DNA from: an uncultured Phycisphaerales bacterium | GTDB taxonomy: Bacteria > Planctomycetota > Phycisphaerae > Tepidisphaerales > Tepidisphaeraceae | Assembly: GCA_963792535.1 (NCBI GenBank) | Contig: CAWBWQ010000001.1 | Span: 1 to 64,000 of the forward strand | Reading direction: 5' to 3' | Length of the DNA stretch: 64,000 bases | Shown: positions 31,791-45,306 of the stretch, piece by piece | Numbering within the stretch: position 1 is the stretch's first letter | Layout of the letters: each line of letters opens with the position of its first letter | Translations under genes and position numbers: made by a program | Notes under the pieces: model-generated | Told to the model about the DNA's origin: nothing | What the model saw: the letters and a program-made list of their open reading frames with translations, nothing else | The model's database searches: none

Positions 31791-33035
31791 TCAGATCGAC
31801 GTCAGTTGCGCCACAGCTTCGCGAATCGAGTCAGCGATGTAGTCCAAATGCTCATCGGTATATTTCTCGTTCCATGGAAGCACCAGCACACCCTCCAGCG
31901 CGTCAAACGTGCCGGGGAACTGTGCCCGCGAGTAATCCAGCGCCTCGGGCCGAGCCAGAGTGAATGGCCATCGGCTTTCACCAAACGTTCGCTGCTTGAG
32001 AATCACTTCGCACATGAACGCGGGCTTTTGAATGTACCGCGGTGCCGAAGCGATTCCTTTTGCCTTCAAAAGTTTGGCCAGTTCGACCGGGCCACCGGGA
32101 AATACTTTTTTGTCCACGCGGAGGCAATACTTCCACCAGGTGCAGACATTGCCCGGATGAACCAGCGGTGTTTCTAAACCACGTATGTCTTTGAGCTTGG
32201 CCGATAGTTTGTCTGCCATGGCGGTGCGGGCCTCTGCAACGCCCCTGAGCTTGGGCAGTTGAGCCACCGCAACCGCGCCCTGCAGCTCGGTCATGCGGTA
32301 ATTCAAAGCGATGAAATAGTGGTCCGGGTTCGGATCGCCGTAGCCCCAGGCCTTGTTAATGAACAGGTAAATGCGACGGGCGATCGCCGGGTCATTGGTC
32401 GTACAGATTCCACCTTCGCCGGTGGTGATATGCTTGCCTTGTTGCAGGCTGAAGCAACCCACCGTGCCAAACGATCCTACATATTTGCCATGATGCGTGG
32501 CCATGAAGGATTGAGCGGTGTCTTCAATCACCGGAATTTTATATTTATTCGCCAGCGCCATGATGGCGGTCATATCGCAGGGATTTCCGAACAGATGCGT
32601 GACGATGATCGCCTTGGTCTTCGGGCTGATGCGTGCAGCAATACTCTCAGCGGTGACGTTGTAAGTGTGCGGATCAACATCGGCAAAGACAGGAATCGCG
32701 CCCTGGAAGATGATCGGAGTCAGCGCGCCCATGTCTGTGATCGACGTGGTGATGATTTCATCACCGGGCTCGGGATTCAAAGCGGCGATCGCGCAATGCA
32801 CCGCGGCCGACCCGCTGGAGCAGGCCCAGGCGTATTTCACGCCCAGGAGTTCAGCGAACTCTTTTTCCAGCGTTTTTACAAACTCACCTTTGGTGCTGGT
32901 CAGCGTTCCGGTGCGAAGGGCAGCGGTTACGGCTGCAATTTCCTCTTCGCCCAGCGTGCGACCGGTCGCGTCCTGATCGTTTGGAAGAACCATAAGTTTC
33001 TTTGGTGCAATTGTTGGAGAAGCCATAGTTGTCAT
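31791..33035 (-). CDS. DegT/DnrJ/EryC1/StrS aminotransferase
   Basis: Motifs SSGSAAVH, IEDTAQS, FSLQQGKHITTGEGG and NYRM. Confidence 0.93.
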   Translation of the reverse strand: MTTMASPTIAPKKLMVLPNDQDATGRTLGEEEIAAVTAALRTGTLTSTKGEFVKTLEKEFAELLGVKYAWACSSGSAAVHCAIAALNPEPGDEIITTSITDMGALTPIIFQGAIPVFADVDPHTYNVTAESIAARISPKTKAIIVTHLFGNPCDMTAIMALANKYKIPVIEDTAQSFMATHHGKYVGSFGTVGCFSLQQGKHITTGEGGICTTNDPAIARRIYLFINKAWGYGDPNPDHYFIALNYRMTELQGAVAVAQLPKLRGVAEARTAMADKLSAKLKDIRGLETPLVHPGNVCTWWKYCLRVDKKVFPGGPVELAKLLKAKGIASAPRYIQKPAFMCEVILKQRTFGESRWPFTLARPEALDYSRAQFPGTFDALEGVLVLPWNEKYTDEHLDYIADSIREAVAQLTSI

Positions 33036-33041
33036 AAAAAA

Positions 33042-34147
33042 TTACCTCTTTCCCTCTCGTGCTCCATCGCCTCGGCTCGTGCGGTACGTTGTTGTGCCGA
33101 GATGGAACATCTGTTCAAAATAACACTTATTCTGCAGTGAAATGAGCCCGCAACTGAGCAGCTGCACCGAGGCCAGCAGGCTGAGTCCACCTATGATGAA
33201 GGTGTGCGGCCATAGCTGCCACGCCTGTGAAAGGCTGCGTGCCTGAATGGTGTCGATCAGCATCCACAATGCGCACCAGGCAAACAGCGCCAGCGCTGTA
33301 ATGCCGGGCACCAGGAAAAACATGATCGGTCGATAAAGGAATCCCGAGACCAGCAATGTCACCACATACTTGGTGATCCGCATGCTCGATCGGCGAACGG
33401 GTTTATTTGCCACCGCCTGCGGGTCGGGCAGATGCCATTTCAACACCGCGGGGATTTCTTCGATGCGGGCCCGCAGCACCATGGCCTTGTAGAGAATCTC
33501 GCTGTTGACTTCCATCCCCATCGAATAGAAGTCGAGGGTACGGAGGAATTTTGCATCGTAGGCCCGCACCATGCCGGTCAATGTTTTAAGCCGACCGTGC
33601 GAGGCAATGGACAGAAACTTGTTAGCCCCAACGCTGAGAATTCGGCGGAATTCCGGAACGTTTTCGACAGCGCCCCCGGCCAGGTACGGCGAAGCAATGA
33701 CGATCTTCGCGGCGTTTTGCGAAGCGTATCCACCAGTCGCTCGATATGATCCGGTGAATAACTGAGATCCATATCGATCGTGACAATGTAATCGCCCTGG
33801 CATTCGTTGAAAGCGAATTTGAGCGCCTGACCCAGCCCGAAGTTCACCACATGATCCAGCACAAAGATATTGGTGCGCGTGGCGGCAAACGATTTGGCCA
33901 GAATGCTGGTGTCGTCTTTACTTCCGTCGTTGACGACAACCATTTCCCAGTCGTATCTGTCTTCCAGTGACTGCATGTAGTCGCAGAGCACCTTAAGGTT
34001 GCTCTGAACCACCGCTGCCTCGTTGTAGGCCGGAACAACCAGCGACACCAGCGGTTTACCGCGGGCGGCGGTGTCGTCGACAATAGGTGCGGTGTCGTGA
34101 TCCATGCTTTGCCGGGCGACGAGTATGGGTTTGATCTCGTTGGACAT
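33042..34147 (-). CDS. GT2 glycosyltransferase with C-terminal TM helices (frameshift ~33711)
   Basis: Motifs VVPAYNE, VNDGSKD and DMDLSY; the frame then changes to IVIASPY...RAY and ends in two TM segments. Confidence 0.85.
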
Positions 34148-34185
34148 ATCGAAACAGCAGCAAAAAGCTTAAACGCGACAGTTGG

Positions 34186-35367
34186 TCACACCGATGGAAC
34201 CAGTTCCTCTTCGGCAACAGTCGCAACGCTGGCCGCGATCGCCGCTACAATTTTCTGGGCGGCCGAACCGTCTCCAAACGGATTGGGGATCGACAATACC
34301 CTCCGCGTCCAGCTGGTTGGGCTTAAAGCCTCCTTCAATGCATCGGCTAAAAGTTCGGGGCTCCCAACTAAACGGGCGCAACCAGCATCAACTGCTTCGC
34401 TGCGCTCGGTATTTTCGCGCAACACCAATAATGCTTTGCCCAGTGTCGGCGCTTCTTCCTGTACCCCGCCTGAGTCGGACACGATCAGCCAGGCCCTGGA
34501 CATCATCACTACAAATTGCTGGTAGTCGAGCGGGGGGATCAGATGCACGCGATCGCAGGAGCTGAGGATTTCGCGGGCCGGCCCACTCACGGATGGATTG
34601 GGATGCATCGGAAAGATGAGGGCGGTCTTCGGATGCGATTGGACGAAGTCCCGCAGCACCTTGAGGTTGTCCGCCATCTTCTCACCGAAACTTTCCCGCC
34701 GATGGGTGGTCAGCAGAATCCGGTCGAGTCCTTCAGTATTGTCGAGCAGTGCGCGAGTTGTCTCTGAAGGCTGGGCGCGATGCAGCATGTGAAGCAGCGC
34801 ATCCACAACCGTATTGCCGGTAAGGAAAATCGACGATGGCTCGATGCCTTCGGCAAGAAGCGTATTTTGATTATTGGTCGTCGCGGGAAAGTGGAGCGTT
34901 GCAATCCGCGAGATCAGTCGGCGGTTCATTTCTTCGGGAAATGGACTGTCGCGATGTCCGCTGCGAAGTCCCGCTTCAACGTGTCCCACCTGGATATGCC
35001 GATGAAACGCAGCCAGTGCCCCGGCAAACGCAGTGGTAGTATCGCCCTGCACGAGAACCAGATCTGGTTTTTCCTGAAGTAAAACCGGGTCCAGCGCGGA
35101 CAACACCCTGGCCGCCAGGCTGCTGAGTGTTTGATTGGGCTGCATGACTTTCAGATCGTGGTCGACTCGAAGGCCCAGGTCGCGAACCAACGGATGCAGC
35201 AGATCCGTGTGTTGCGATGATGAGACGTTAATTGTTTCAAATCGTTCGGTACGCGATTCCAGTTCGCGGATCACCGGCGCTAGTTTGATAACTTCAGGAC
35301 GTGTGCCGAACAGGGTCAAGACTTTGATCGGTCTGTCGGGGCCGTCGCTGTTGAGATCGGGAATCAT
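34186..35367 (-). CDS. wecB: UDP-N-acetylglucosamine 2-epimerase (non-hydrolysing)
   Basis: Motifs FGTRPEVIK, VQGDTTT, HVEAGLRS, PFPEEMNR and DSGGVQEEAP. Confidence 0.93.
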   Translation of the reverse strand: MIPDLNSDGPDRPIKVLTLFGTRPEVIKLAPVIRELESRTERFETINVSSSQHTDLLHPLVRDLGLRVDHDLKVMQPNQTLSSLAARVLSALDPVLLQEKPDLVLVQGDTTTAFAGALAAFHRHIQVGHVEAGLRSGHRDSPFPEEMNRRLISRIATLHFPATTNNQNTLLAEGIEPSSIFLTGNTVVDALLHMLHRAQPSETTRALLDNTEGLDRILLTTHRRESFGEKMADNLKVLRDFVQSHPKTALIFPMHPNPSVSGPAREILSSCDRVHLIPPLDYQQFVVMMSRAWLIVSDSGGVQEEAPTLGKALLVLRENTERSEAVDAGCARLVGSPELLADALKEALSPTSWTRRVLSIPNPFGDGSAAQKIVAAIAASVATVAEEELVPSV

Positions 35368-35629
35368 CTTATCTCCAGAACACATGCGCCGCGCATCGAA
35401 TGCACGGTTCACTCTGCACTGAATTGGGATCGACCATGCAAGCAGCTTGCTTTACCCATACCCCGGGCAAACACGAACGTTTTGTCGCCGATAAAAGCGA
35501 CATCTCACCACTGTGGGCATGGCAAAGTAGCACAACACTTCGCCAAGATCCATTAAATTGTGCTGGTTTCAGACCGGCAATTTTGCCTGCGAAAACGACG
35601 AACGGACCCTATATCGGCTGACACATCAC

Positions 35630-37297
35630 TTATCGCGGCAGGCGATAAACCGAGTAAGGTCCAGAAGAAAAGACCTTTGGAAAGGGATATTCAGTGCTGG
35701 AAATCAACCAACTTGCGCTGAACCGTTGCTGCAGCGCCAAAATGTCGGTGACCGACAGGTTGCGATAATGTGACCGGGCAGCCAGGTCCATGTTGCCGAT
35801 GTCGGCGTCGTTAGGATCCAGATGCGACAGATCACCCGTGAGAGCTTCCACGCGTTTTTGCCAGTCGCCCATGGCGTCGTAACGGTAGGCGTGCCAGTTG
35901 GCGATCAAGGGTCGGCGGATGAAATAGAACGCATCCGCGCGCGAGGGCGGCGCGATGACCACTGCATTTTCTGGTGTGTTTTCAACGATCCAGCCCCCAG
36001 CGGCGCGAAAATCGGGAGTCGATTCCAAGGCGTCGTCGGCGGCGCTCGCCTGCGTCGTCTGCGTCCACTCTATCGAGTGTAAATGCGATGCAATCGAACC
36101 GGCGACGCGGGCAACTGGGCTTGGCAATGCCAGGAAGATCACCGCGCCAAAACCGCCCAGGGCGAGCAACGCAGGTTCGCTGCGCTTTCCACTTCTCAGA
36201 ATTGCTGAGACGACCGACAGGAGTTGCCACGAGAAAAAAAGTATCGCCAACACCGCAAAAACGCGGATCGGATATAGCTTCACCAGGTCAAATCGACCCA
36301 GTGCCCGCGCGACGAACCCAAAGATACAAAACATGCCCAACGCCAGCTGGAACTGAAAAATCATCGCGGCGGTTCGTCCGCCGCGCTGCCACCGATACCA
36401 GGCGGCGAAGAGCAGCATGAGTGAGAGCAAGGCAACGTAAGGTCTGGCCATTGCGAACGGATCCAGGCAAAGCGGCAGGGCTGTTGTGACGAGGAATCGG
36501 GATTCTTCTGCCGTGATCGCGTGCGGGCCGGTAATCAGCGGCAGAGACGAGATCAAACCCGGCAGCGCAGCCAGTACCGCGCAGGCGCCGAACACGAGTG
36601 AGCGTCGAAATCCAAGGTTCCACAGGACCGTCCAACCGATTGCAGCCCCACCCCACATGCCCACAGCGGAATGAAACGAAAAGGACAAGCCCGCGAGCAA
36701 GCCGGCGATGATGAGCTGCCTTTGCATCGCGCGATGATACGTTTCATCATCGGAGTCGATGCATTTGCATCGCAAAGCTGCATCGAGCGCGAAAATGAGG
36801 CAGATATAGGCCGGGCATTTGGCTTCAAATGATCCGATGACCCACTCCGTCCACGGGGTTGTCGGAAGCGCCTGCCTTTGCATCATCCAGAAGAGAATAC
36901 CCAGCCATATTTTCCAGGAGGATATCCTGAAATGTTCACCGAGTCTGAACAGCCCAATGAAGGTTAATGTCCAGCAGATGAATCGTCCCGCCCATGCTGC
37001 CCATTCGAGTGGCATCAGCAGTGTCAACCAGCCCGAAGCGAAATTGAAGAACCCATGTCCAGCGGTCGGTTCGAGGAACGTCCAGTCACCTGCCATGAAA
37101 TGTGGATGCCACGCCTTATAAACGTAGAGGAGATAAACCAGTTCATTCCCACTGGGAACACGAACACCCTCACGATTGAGGAAAAGCGCGTAAACCAGGA
37201 GCGTCATCAACTGGAATCTGCGGCTGCTCAACAGCGCGAGCACCTTTTCGGTCGTTGCGCGGTGCTCAGCAAATGGCAGGGATACAAGCTCGGACAT
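35630..37297 (-). CDS. Polytopic membrane protein (DUF6798-like, possible GT-C fold)
   Basis: About 11 hydrophobic segments plus a soluble C-terminal domain (WIVENTPENAVVIAPP...W..R). Start codon uncertain. Confidence 0.55.
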   Translation of the reverse strand: MSELVSLPFAEHRATTEKVLALLSSRRFQLMTLLVYALFLNREGVRVPSGNELVYLLYVYKAWHPHFMAGDWTFLEPTAGHGFFNFASGWLTLLMPLEWAAWAGRFICWTLTFIGLFRLGEHFRISSWKIWLGILFWMMQRQALPTTPWTEWVIGSFEAKCPAYICLIFALDAALRCKCIDSDDETYHRAMQRQLIIAGLLAGLSFSFHSAVGMWGGAAIGWTVLWNLGFRRSLVFGACAVLAALPGLISSLPLITGPHAITAEESRFLVTTALPLCLDPFAMARPYVALLSLMLLFAAWYRWQRGGRTAAMIFQFQLALGMFCIFGFVARALGRFDLVKLYPIRVFAVLAILFFSWQLLSVVSAILRSGKRSEPALLALGGFGAVIFLALPSPVARVAGSIASHLHSIEWTQTTQASAADDALESTPDFRAAGGWIVENTPENAVVIAPPSRADAFYFIRRPLIANWHAYRYDAMGDWQKRVEALTGDLSHLDPNDADIGNMDLAARSHYRNLSVTDILALQQRFSASWLISSTEYPFPKVFSSGPYSVYRLPR

Positions 37298-37456
37298 ATG
37301 AAGCTCGTATCGGTAGAAATCGATCACTGCTTGCAGCGTGTACGCAAATCTCCGTATTTGGCGTCACCTTGTCCCGTGTCGCGGCCGATAACTTGCGGAA
37401 TCGCGATGGAGCGGTGCCTCTTCCATCGCTCGTTTTTCGGCCTTACGCTTAAGACC

Positions 37457-38278
37457 ATGTCTATGACCCGAAGGCGTCGACGAGGTTTTATTACGGTTTT
37501 AGTGTTGCTCGCTTTCTTTGCGCTTTTGTTCTTTATTGGAAATTACGCGGTTTCGACCGGACCCGCCGAGGGAAGCACGCTATTTGGCATTCCAGCCGCG
37601 CAACATCCTGGGCGGTATTTGCGCATTGGCACATTCAACATTGACGGCGGACTGGGAATCGACGGGAAAGTAGACCTGGCGCGCACCGCCAGCTGCCTGC
37701 AGAGGCTGGATTTCATCGGCATGAACGAAGTGCATGGTTTCATATTCGAACAACCCGAAAATCAGGCCGAGGCCCTCAGCCCTTTGCTGCATCTGCCGGG
37801 TTTATTTGTGCCGGCCGAAAAGCAGTGGGGGCATGACACCTTTGGCAATGCCATCTTTTCCGATTTGCCTGTTACGCGCTGGCAACGTGTGGTGCTGCCC
37901 AGCCAGCCTTTTCACGCCAAGCGAAATTATCTGCTGACCGAAGCGCAGTGGCATGATCAAACGATTCACATCCTCACGACGCACACAGATTGGAAATCGG
38001 GCGGCGTAGCGCAGTTCCAAATCGTGCGAGATCTCTTTTTGAAACTGCCAACGCCGGCGATCTTAATGGGCGATCTGAACACGCCTCGGTCGGATCCATT
38101 GATAAAAAATCTGGAAGCGACGCCAGGCGTGGAGGAAGCGGTTGGTAAAATTCTCGATCCTATTCCCGGGCGGGTTGACTGGATATTCCTGCGCGGGTTG
38201 AGCACCGTCGATGCCGGTCAGGTCGATCTTAAGGCGTCAGACCATCCCGCGTATTGGGCGTCTGTGACTGTAAAATAG
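37457..38278 (+). CDS. Endonuclease/exonuclease/phosphatase family protein, membrane-anchored
   Basis: Motifs TFNI, MNEV, GNAIFS, GDLN, VDWIF and SDH; N-terminal TM helix. Confidence 0.88.
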   Translation: MSMTRRRRRGFITVLVLLAFFALLFFIGNYAVSTGPAEGSTLFGIPAAQHPGRYLRIGTFNIDGGLGIDGKVDLARTASCLQRLDFIGMNEVHGFIFEQPENQAEALSPLLHLPGLFVPAEKQWGHDTFGNAIFSDLPVTRWQRVVLPSQPFHAKRNYLLTEAQWHDQTIHILTTHTDWKSGGVAQFQIVRDLFLKLPTPAILMGDLNTPRSDPLIKNLEATPGVEEAVGKILDPIPGRVDWIFLRGLSTVDAGQVDLKASDHPAYWASVTVK

Positions 38279-38356
38279 AAAGCGAATTGCGATAAACTAA
38301 CAAGATCCGGTCTTCGTTTTGCATCTCCCATTTCGTTACTTAACTGAGGAACTAAA

Positions 38357-38521
38357 ATGCAGAACTTCATGCGGAACGCGCGTTGGTGGGTCTTGGTTTT
38401 CATTATCGGAGGCAGCGGAATTACAACATTAAGCGGTTGTTTCTTCGATGACCGCGACCACCACGGGGACCATCATCGGGCGGACGACTACCATGACGAG
38501 GACCACGGCGATCGCCGGTAG
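38357..38521 (+). CDS. Small His/Asp-rich putative lipoprotein (54 aa; below the ORF-track cutoff)
   Basis: GAGGA SD at 38346; sequence MQNFMRNARWWVLVFIIGGSGITTLSGC-FFDDRDHHGDHHRADDYHDEDHGDRR, with an LSGC lipobox. Confidence 0.65.
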   Translation: MQNFMRNARWWVLVFIIGGSGITTLSGCFFDDRDHHGDHHRADDYHDEDHGDRR

Positions 38522-38610
38522 CGTCGACAGGCGTCCGTTTTAGCCTAGCGGTGTAAGGCGACCGCTGAGGTGCTGGTCGTTTCTGCCTTTTTTCTGCATA
38601 AGATGGCTTC

Positions 38611-39823
38611 GTGCCAGTAATCTTTCTCATCCTATCGGCGGTGGTGGCAGCGAACCTGACGTGGTGGCGCTGGGCGGATGCGCCTGCAGCGTTTCAGATC
38701 CGGCGGGCTCTGGCGCAGCCTGTTGGCCCTTTTCACGCTCGCCCAATTCGCGTATCTGGCTCTGCTGGCATCGCCGCGCTTATCACATGCGACGCAGCGT
38801 TGGATCCCGATTCCCTTCGTCGCCACCACCTATCTCTGGAGCTTGCTAGTTTTGCCGGTGACGTTACTTGCGATGGGAATTGCCAGACTCACGAGCTGGG
38901 TTCCAAGGCGTTCTTCAACGATGATCGCGCCGGGAAGCCGCGCGGATTCGCCCAGTCGACGGCAGGTTCTAAGCGCGACCGCCATCGCACTGCCTCCCCT
39001 GGTAACCGCAGGCCTGGTCCTTCGGGCGATGCCTCAGCTAAGCACTTTTCGCATCCATTCCCTTCATCTGAATGTGCCTCATCTGCCCGCAGCACTTGAA
39101 GGCCTTCGCATTGCGCACGTGAGCGATCTGCATGTCGGCCGCTACACGCGAAGGGGACAAATCCCGGCCTTGGTGGAAGCGGTTAACGGCTTAAAATCTG
39201 ACCTGATTTTATTCACCGGCGACCTGATCGATATATCTCTGGAGGATTTGCCACGCGGTATTGATGCGATGAAACGCATTCAATCGCATGGTTGCATGGC
39301 GATGATCGAGGGGAACCATGACCTGATCGACAACGCTGATGAATTTGATGCGCGTGTGCGTGCCGCAGGATTGCCGTTGCTGGTAGACCAGGCGATGACG
39401 GTGCGAGTTCGTGGTGAACCGATCCAGTTGCTCGGCACCCGCTGGGGTGAAGCAACCGGCAATCGGCGGCGCGCGAGCGAGGCCGCCTTTAAGCAGTCGG
39501 TCTCACGCTTAGTTCAGCTGCGTGATCCAAACGCGTTTCCCATTTTGCTGGCCCATCATCCTCATACGTTTGATTCAGCCGCCGCTGCCGGATTCCCACT
39601 GGTCCTGTCGGGGCATACGCATGGCGGGCAACTGATGGCCACGCCGAGCATCGGCTTTGGCCCGCTTTTTTACCGGTATTGGTCGGGGTTATATCGCATA
39701 AACCAAAGCCAGTTGGTGGTAAACAACGGTGTGGGGAACTGGTTTCCCCTTCGTGTGAATGCGCCGGCGGAAATCATCGAAATCACGTTACATTGCGATC
39801 GACCGGGCCGAGCCAACGCTTGA
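38611..39823 (+). CDS. Membrane-anchored metallophosphoesterase (YkuE-like; frameshift ~38681)
   Basis: Motifs SDLH, TGDLID, GNHD, LAHHP and SGHTHGGQ; the N-terminal TM segment lies in another frame. Confidence 0.88.
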
Positions 39824-41042
39824 AAAGAATCGGTAAGGTTGCTCCCTGCACCAAAACCGAGAAGACCACGACACCAAAGACTGCAGCGATGAGTAATTCC
39901 CGCTGCGTGTTGGTCGGAGCAAGCGATAGCGCCATCGCAAGGGCAAGCCCTCCGCGGAGTCCGCCCCAGGTGAGGATGGCAACGCGATGGCGGCTGGCGA
40001 CGTCCTCGCGTTGCCCCAGCAGCGATATAGCCCAGCCGCAGGTGACGACACTGAACCAGCGGGCAAAAAGGACGATCATCACCGAAAGCAGCTGCACCAG
40101 TGACTCCCACGCACCAAGCTTCATCTGCAATACCGCGAGGCCTACCAGCAGAAACAAGACAGCGTTCAGGGTCTCGTCAACCAGCTCCCAGAAGTCATCC
40201 AGGTGCCTTCGCGTGTTTTCCGACATGGCGGCATGACGCCCATGGTTTCCGATGATAATTCCCGCAACCACTGCGGCGATTGGGCCCGACACATGCATTG
40301 CGTCAGCCAGGGTATATCCCCCCATTGCCAGCGCGAGGGTTAGCAGGACTTCCACCTGGAAATTATTGACCTGTCGAAGCAGCTGGAAAACCAACATCCC
40401 CCCCAGCAGCCCAACTCCGGCGCCGCCGAGGGTCTGTACCAGAAACGCCATGGGAACGCCGCTCCAGTGAAGTCCCTGCGGTGTTCCGACACTGAGCAGC
40501 ACCGTGAACAGGACAACACCCACGCCGTCATTGAATAATGATTCACCGCCGATGATTGCTTCAATTTCCGCCGGGGCGTTGACGCCTTTTAGAAATCCCA
40601 TGACCGCAACCGGATCGGTGGGCGAGATCACCGCGCCGAATATGGCGCAATCGATGAATGGAACATTGGTTTTGATCGCGCGACAAATTATGTAAGCGAT
40701 CGCAGCGATGGTGAAGGTCGATACGAGCGTGCCGGCAAGGGACAGAACGCCGACGGACAGCCACTGGTTTTTCAGTTCGCTGAGGTTCACGCGCATCGCT
40801 CCGGCGAAAAGCAGGCCACCGAGCATCCAGTGAAAAAGCGCTTCGTTCAGATCGATCCGAAAGCTGCTTGTCAGCATGATCGCGCCCGGCCACAAAATCT
40901 GCCACCCCCGCCATGCGAGCGACACAAGCAGCGACTGCAGCATGATCCCCACAGTAGGGTGTAGACGCAGGAAGCGATGGTTGATGAACGCAAAGAGCGC
41001 CGCAAGAGAAATGAGAATGGCGACGATCTGAAATGAGTTCAT
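39783..41042 (-). CDS. CPA1 family Na+/H+ antiporter (NhaP-like)
   Basis: Motifs ISPTDPVAV, GESLFNDG and WGGLRG; start at MNSFQI. Confidence 0.92.
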   Translation of the reverse strand: MNSFQIVAILISLAALFAFINHRFLRLHPTVGIMLQSLLVSLAWRGWQILWPGAIMLTSSFRIDLNEALFHWMLGGLLFAGAMRVNLSELKNQWLSVGVLSLAGTLVSTFTIAAIAYIICRAIKTNVPFIDCAIFGAVISPTDPVAVMGFLKGVNAPAEIEAIIGGESLFNDGVGVVLFTVLLSVGTPQGLHWSGVPMAFLVQTLGGAGVGLLGGMLVFQLLRQVNNFQVEVLLTLALAMGGYTLADAMHVSGPIAAVVAGIIIGNHGRHAAMSENTRRHLDDFWELVDETLNAVLFLLVGLAVLQMKLGAWESLVQLLSVMIVLFARWFSVVTCGWAISLLGQREDVASRHRVAILTWGGLRGGLALAMALSLAPTNTQRELLIAAVFGVVVFSVLVQGATLPILFKRWLGPVDRNVT

Positions 41043-41186
41043 GGCCGGTTGAAAAATATTGCCGCAGACCAAGGCAAAAAGACACAGAGCGTAGCGATAA
41101 ATCGGTGCGTGCCGCGCCTTGCCGGCGTGAAACCACAAGCGCGGAATTCGCCGGTCTGATGAAATCGTCGGCGTCGTTTCAGTCGA

Positions 41187-42068
41187 TCAGTTGGTCGGAT
41201 CCCAGTGCCGCAGCGGAGGATACTGAATGAATTCGCGGGTGACATACTCGGCGTGCCCGTCACAAAACGCTGCATTGCCCTGACCATGCGTGTTGGGAAT
41301 GTTCTCAGTGTCTTTGCTGGAATAAACATTGTCAGGATGATGGACCAGACTGTCGTGCCGAACAGCCAGCCAATCACTGTGGGCACCGGCCGCGACAAGA
41401 CTGATATTATTACTGATTCCAGGGCCGGCAGCATTGCTGGCGAATCCCACGACCGCACAGGCTCCATCATTAATGGTGACTTCGCTTTCTTCCAGCATCA
41501 GGACAGTCGAGGACGGGTGCCGAATCGAGGTATTTTTAGCCGCACGGTAGCCCATCCATGCGTATGCCACCGGGTCCACTCCCGCGACCTGATCGGAGAG
41601 TAGATAATTCATGGAGTAGCTGTACGGATAGTTCACTGCCACACCAAAGCAGAGATTTTTCGGGTGAATCGACAAATCGTCGGAAGGGCAAATCCAGTTG
41701 CTGGCATTAAAATGGTTTCCCATATATTTCACCAGTGCGCCATTATCCAGCGTTCGCGGTCGGGCTGGATATGAATACTGCGACGGATCCCAGGCGGAGG
41801 CAGGTTGTTGCCAGAAGATGTAATCGTCGGGGTTCTGCTGGAGGAAGCTTGCAGTGGCGGGGTAATAACCTTTGTTGTCATTGGCGTACATGTACATCGC
41901 CACCCCGATCATCTTCAGATTGCTCAGGCATTTGATCTTGTTGGCCGACTGCCGAGCACGCTGAAGCGAAGGAAGAAGGATCGAAATCAACAGCGCGATA
42001 ATGCCTATGACGATCAGAAGTTCGACCAGTGTAAATCCACGGCGTGGTAAACGTCTGCGGTGACTCAT
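41187..42068 (-). CDS. Prepilin-type N-terminal cleavage/methylation protein (DUF1559 / H-X9-DG type)
   Basis: N-terminal [28 protein letters not shown]...C.SNL and C-terminal [11 protein letters not shown]. Confidence 0.9.
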   Translation of the reverse strand: MSHRRRLPRRGFTLVELLIVIGIIALLISILLPSLQRARQSANKIKCLSNLKMIGVAMYMYANDNKGYYPATASFLQQNPDDYIFWQQPASAWDPSQYSYPARPRTLDNGALVKYMGNHFNASNWICPSDDLSIHPKNLCFGVAVNYPYSYSMNYLLSDQVAGVDPVAYAWMGYRAAKNTSIRHPSSTVLMLEESEVTINDGACAVVGFASNAAGPGISNNISLVAAGAHSDWLAVRHDSLVHHPDNVYSSKDTENIPNTHGQGNAAFCDGHAEYVTREFIQYPPLRHWDPTN

Positions 42069-42270
42069 GGATGAAATCCCGACCCGCGTGACTCAGGTTA
42101 AGCGATCCTGCCCAGTATTTCAGTAGACAGAGATACTAATACATGCCGTTTGCGAGACAAGGACAAAACAGAGAACTATCTCCACCTTTGCAGGGATTTA
42201 ACATCGTCGCCTGCTGAAAAACGTGGACAAACTCGATAACGCCCGCTCGACACCGCTCGATTGCCGGCGC

Positions 42271-42300
42271 AAAAAAAGCCCGAGCCAATGGCCCGGGCTT
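42271..42300 (-). terminator. Intrinsic terminator downstream of clpC
   Basis: aaaaaaagcccgagcc-aat-ggcccgggctt. Confidence 0.75.
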
Positions 42301-42329
42301 CTAGCTGATTAGATTCATCAGTCAGCAGT

Positions 42330-44855
<2,526 letters not shown>

Positions 44856-45306
44856 CTCCTGTTGGTCGGCGATTAGCGCCGGCCCCTCATATCGACACGC
44901 GTAACAAGAAGCGTTCCCCGAACCGTTGCCGGGAGAATTTCTTTCACCGCGGATTGTAGACCGGATGTGCTGCTAATCAAGGAATGGCGGCACTGAGTTT
45001 GTTGCAACGCAATAGTATGTGTCGTGTCACAGCGGCGGGGTACACCGCGACAACCGCTGTGCAATTAACGGGCTCAGCGTTTCTGCAACCCTCATGGCTG
45101 TGTACGGGTTTTCCGTACAAGCGATGTGCTTTTAGACGGGAGTTGTCTTATGTGCGGTGTAGGGGTTTGCGAAGTTACCGTCGATTTCTGCACGTCATTA
45201 ACGGTCGTTGGCAATACCGCGGATGGTAAGGGATTGTCTACGTACAACCATGCTCATATAGCGGCGCGTAGTTTGTGGAGCTCCTCGCGTCACAGCGCAG
45301 GAGCTT

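Noticed and set aside
37055..37456. N-terminal extension of the EEP ORF
   Set aside because: It overlaps the divergent gene; the basic/TM N-terminus starts at 37457.
44856..45306. ORFs or a riboswitch in the clpC-epimerase divergent region
   Set aside because: Only short motif-less ORFs and one small hairpin; treated as a promoter region.
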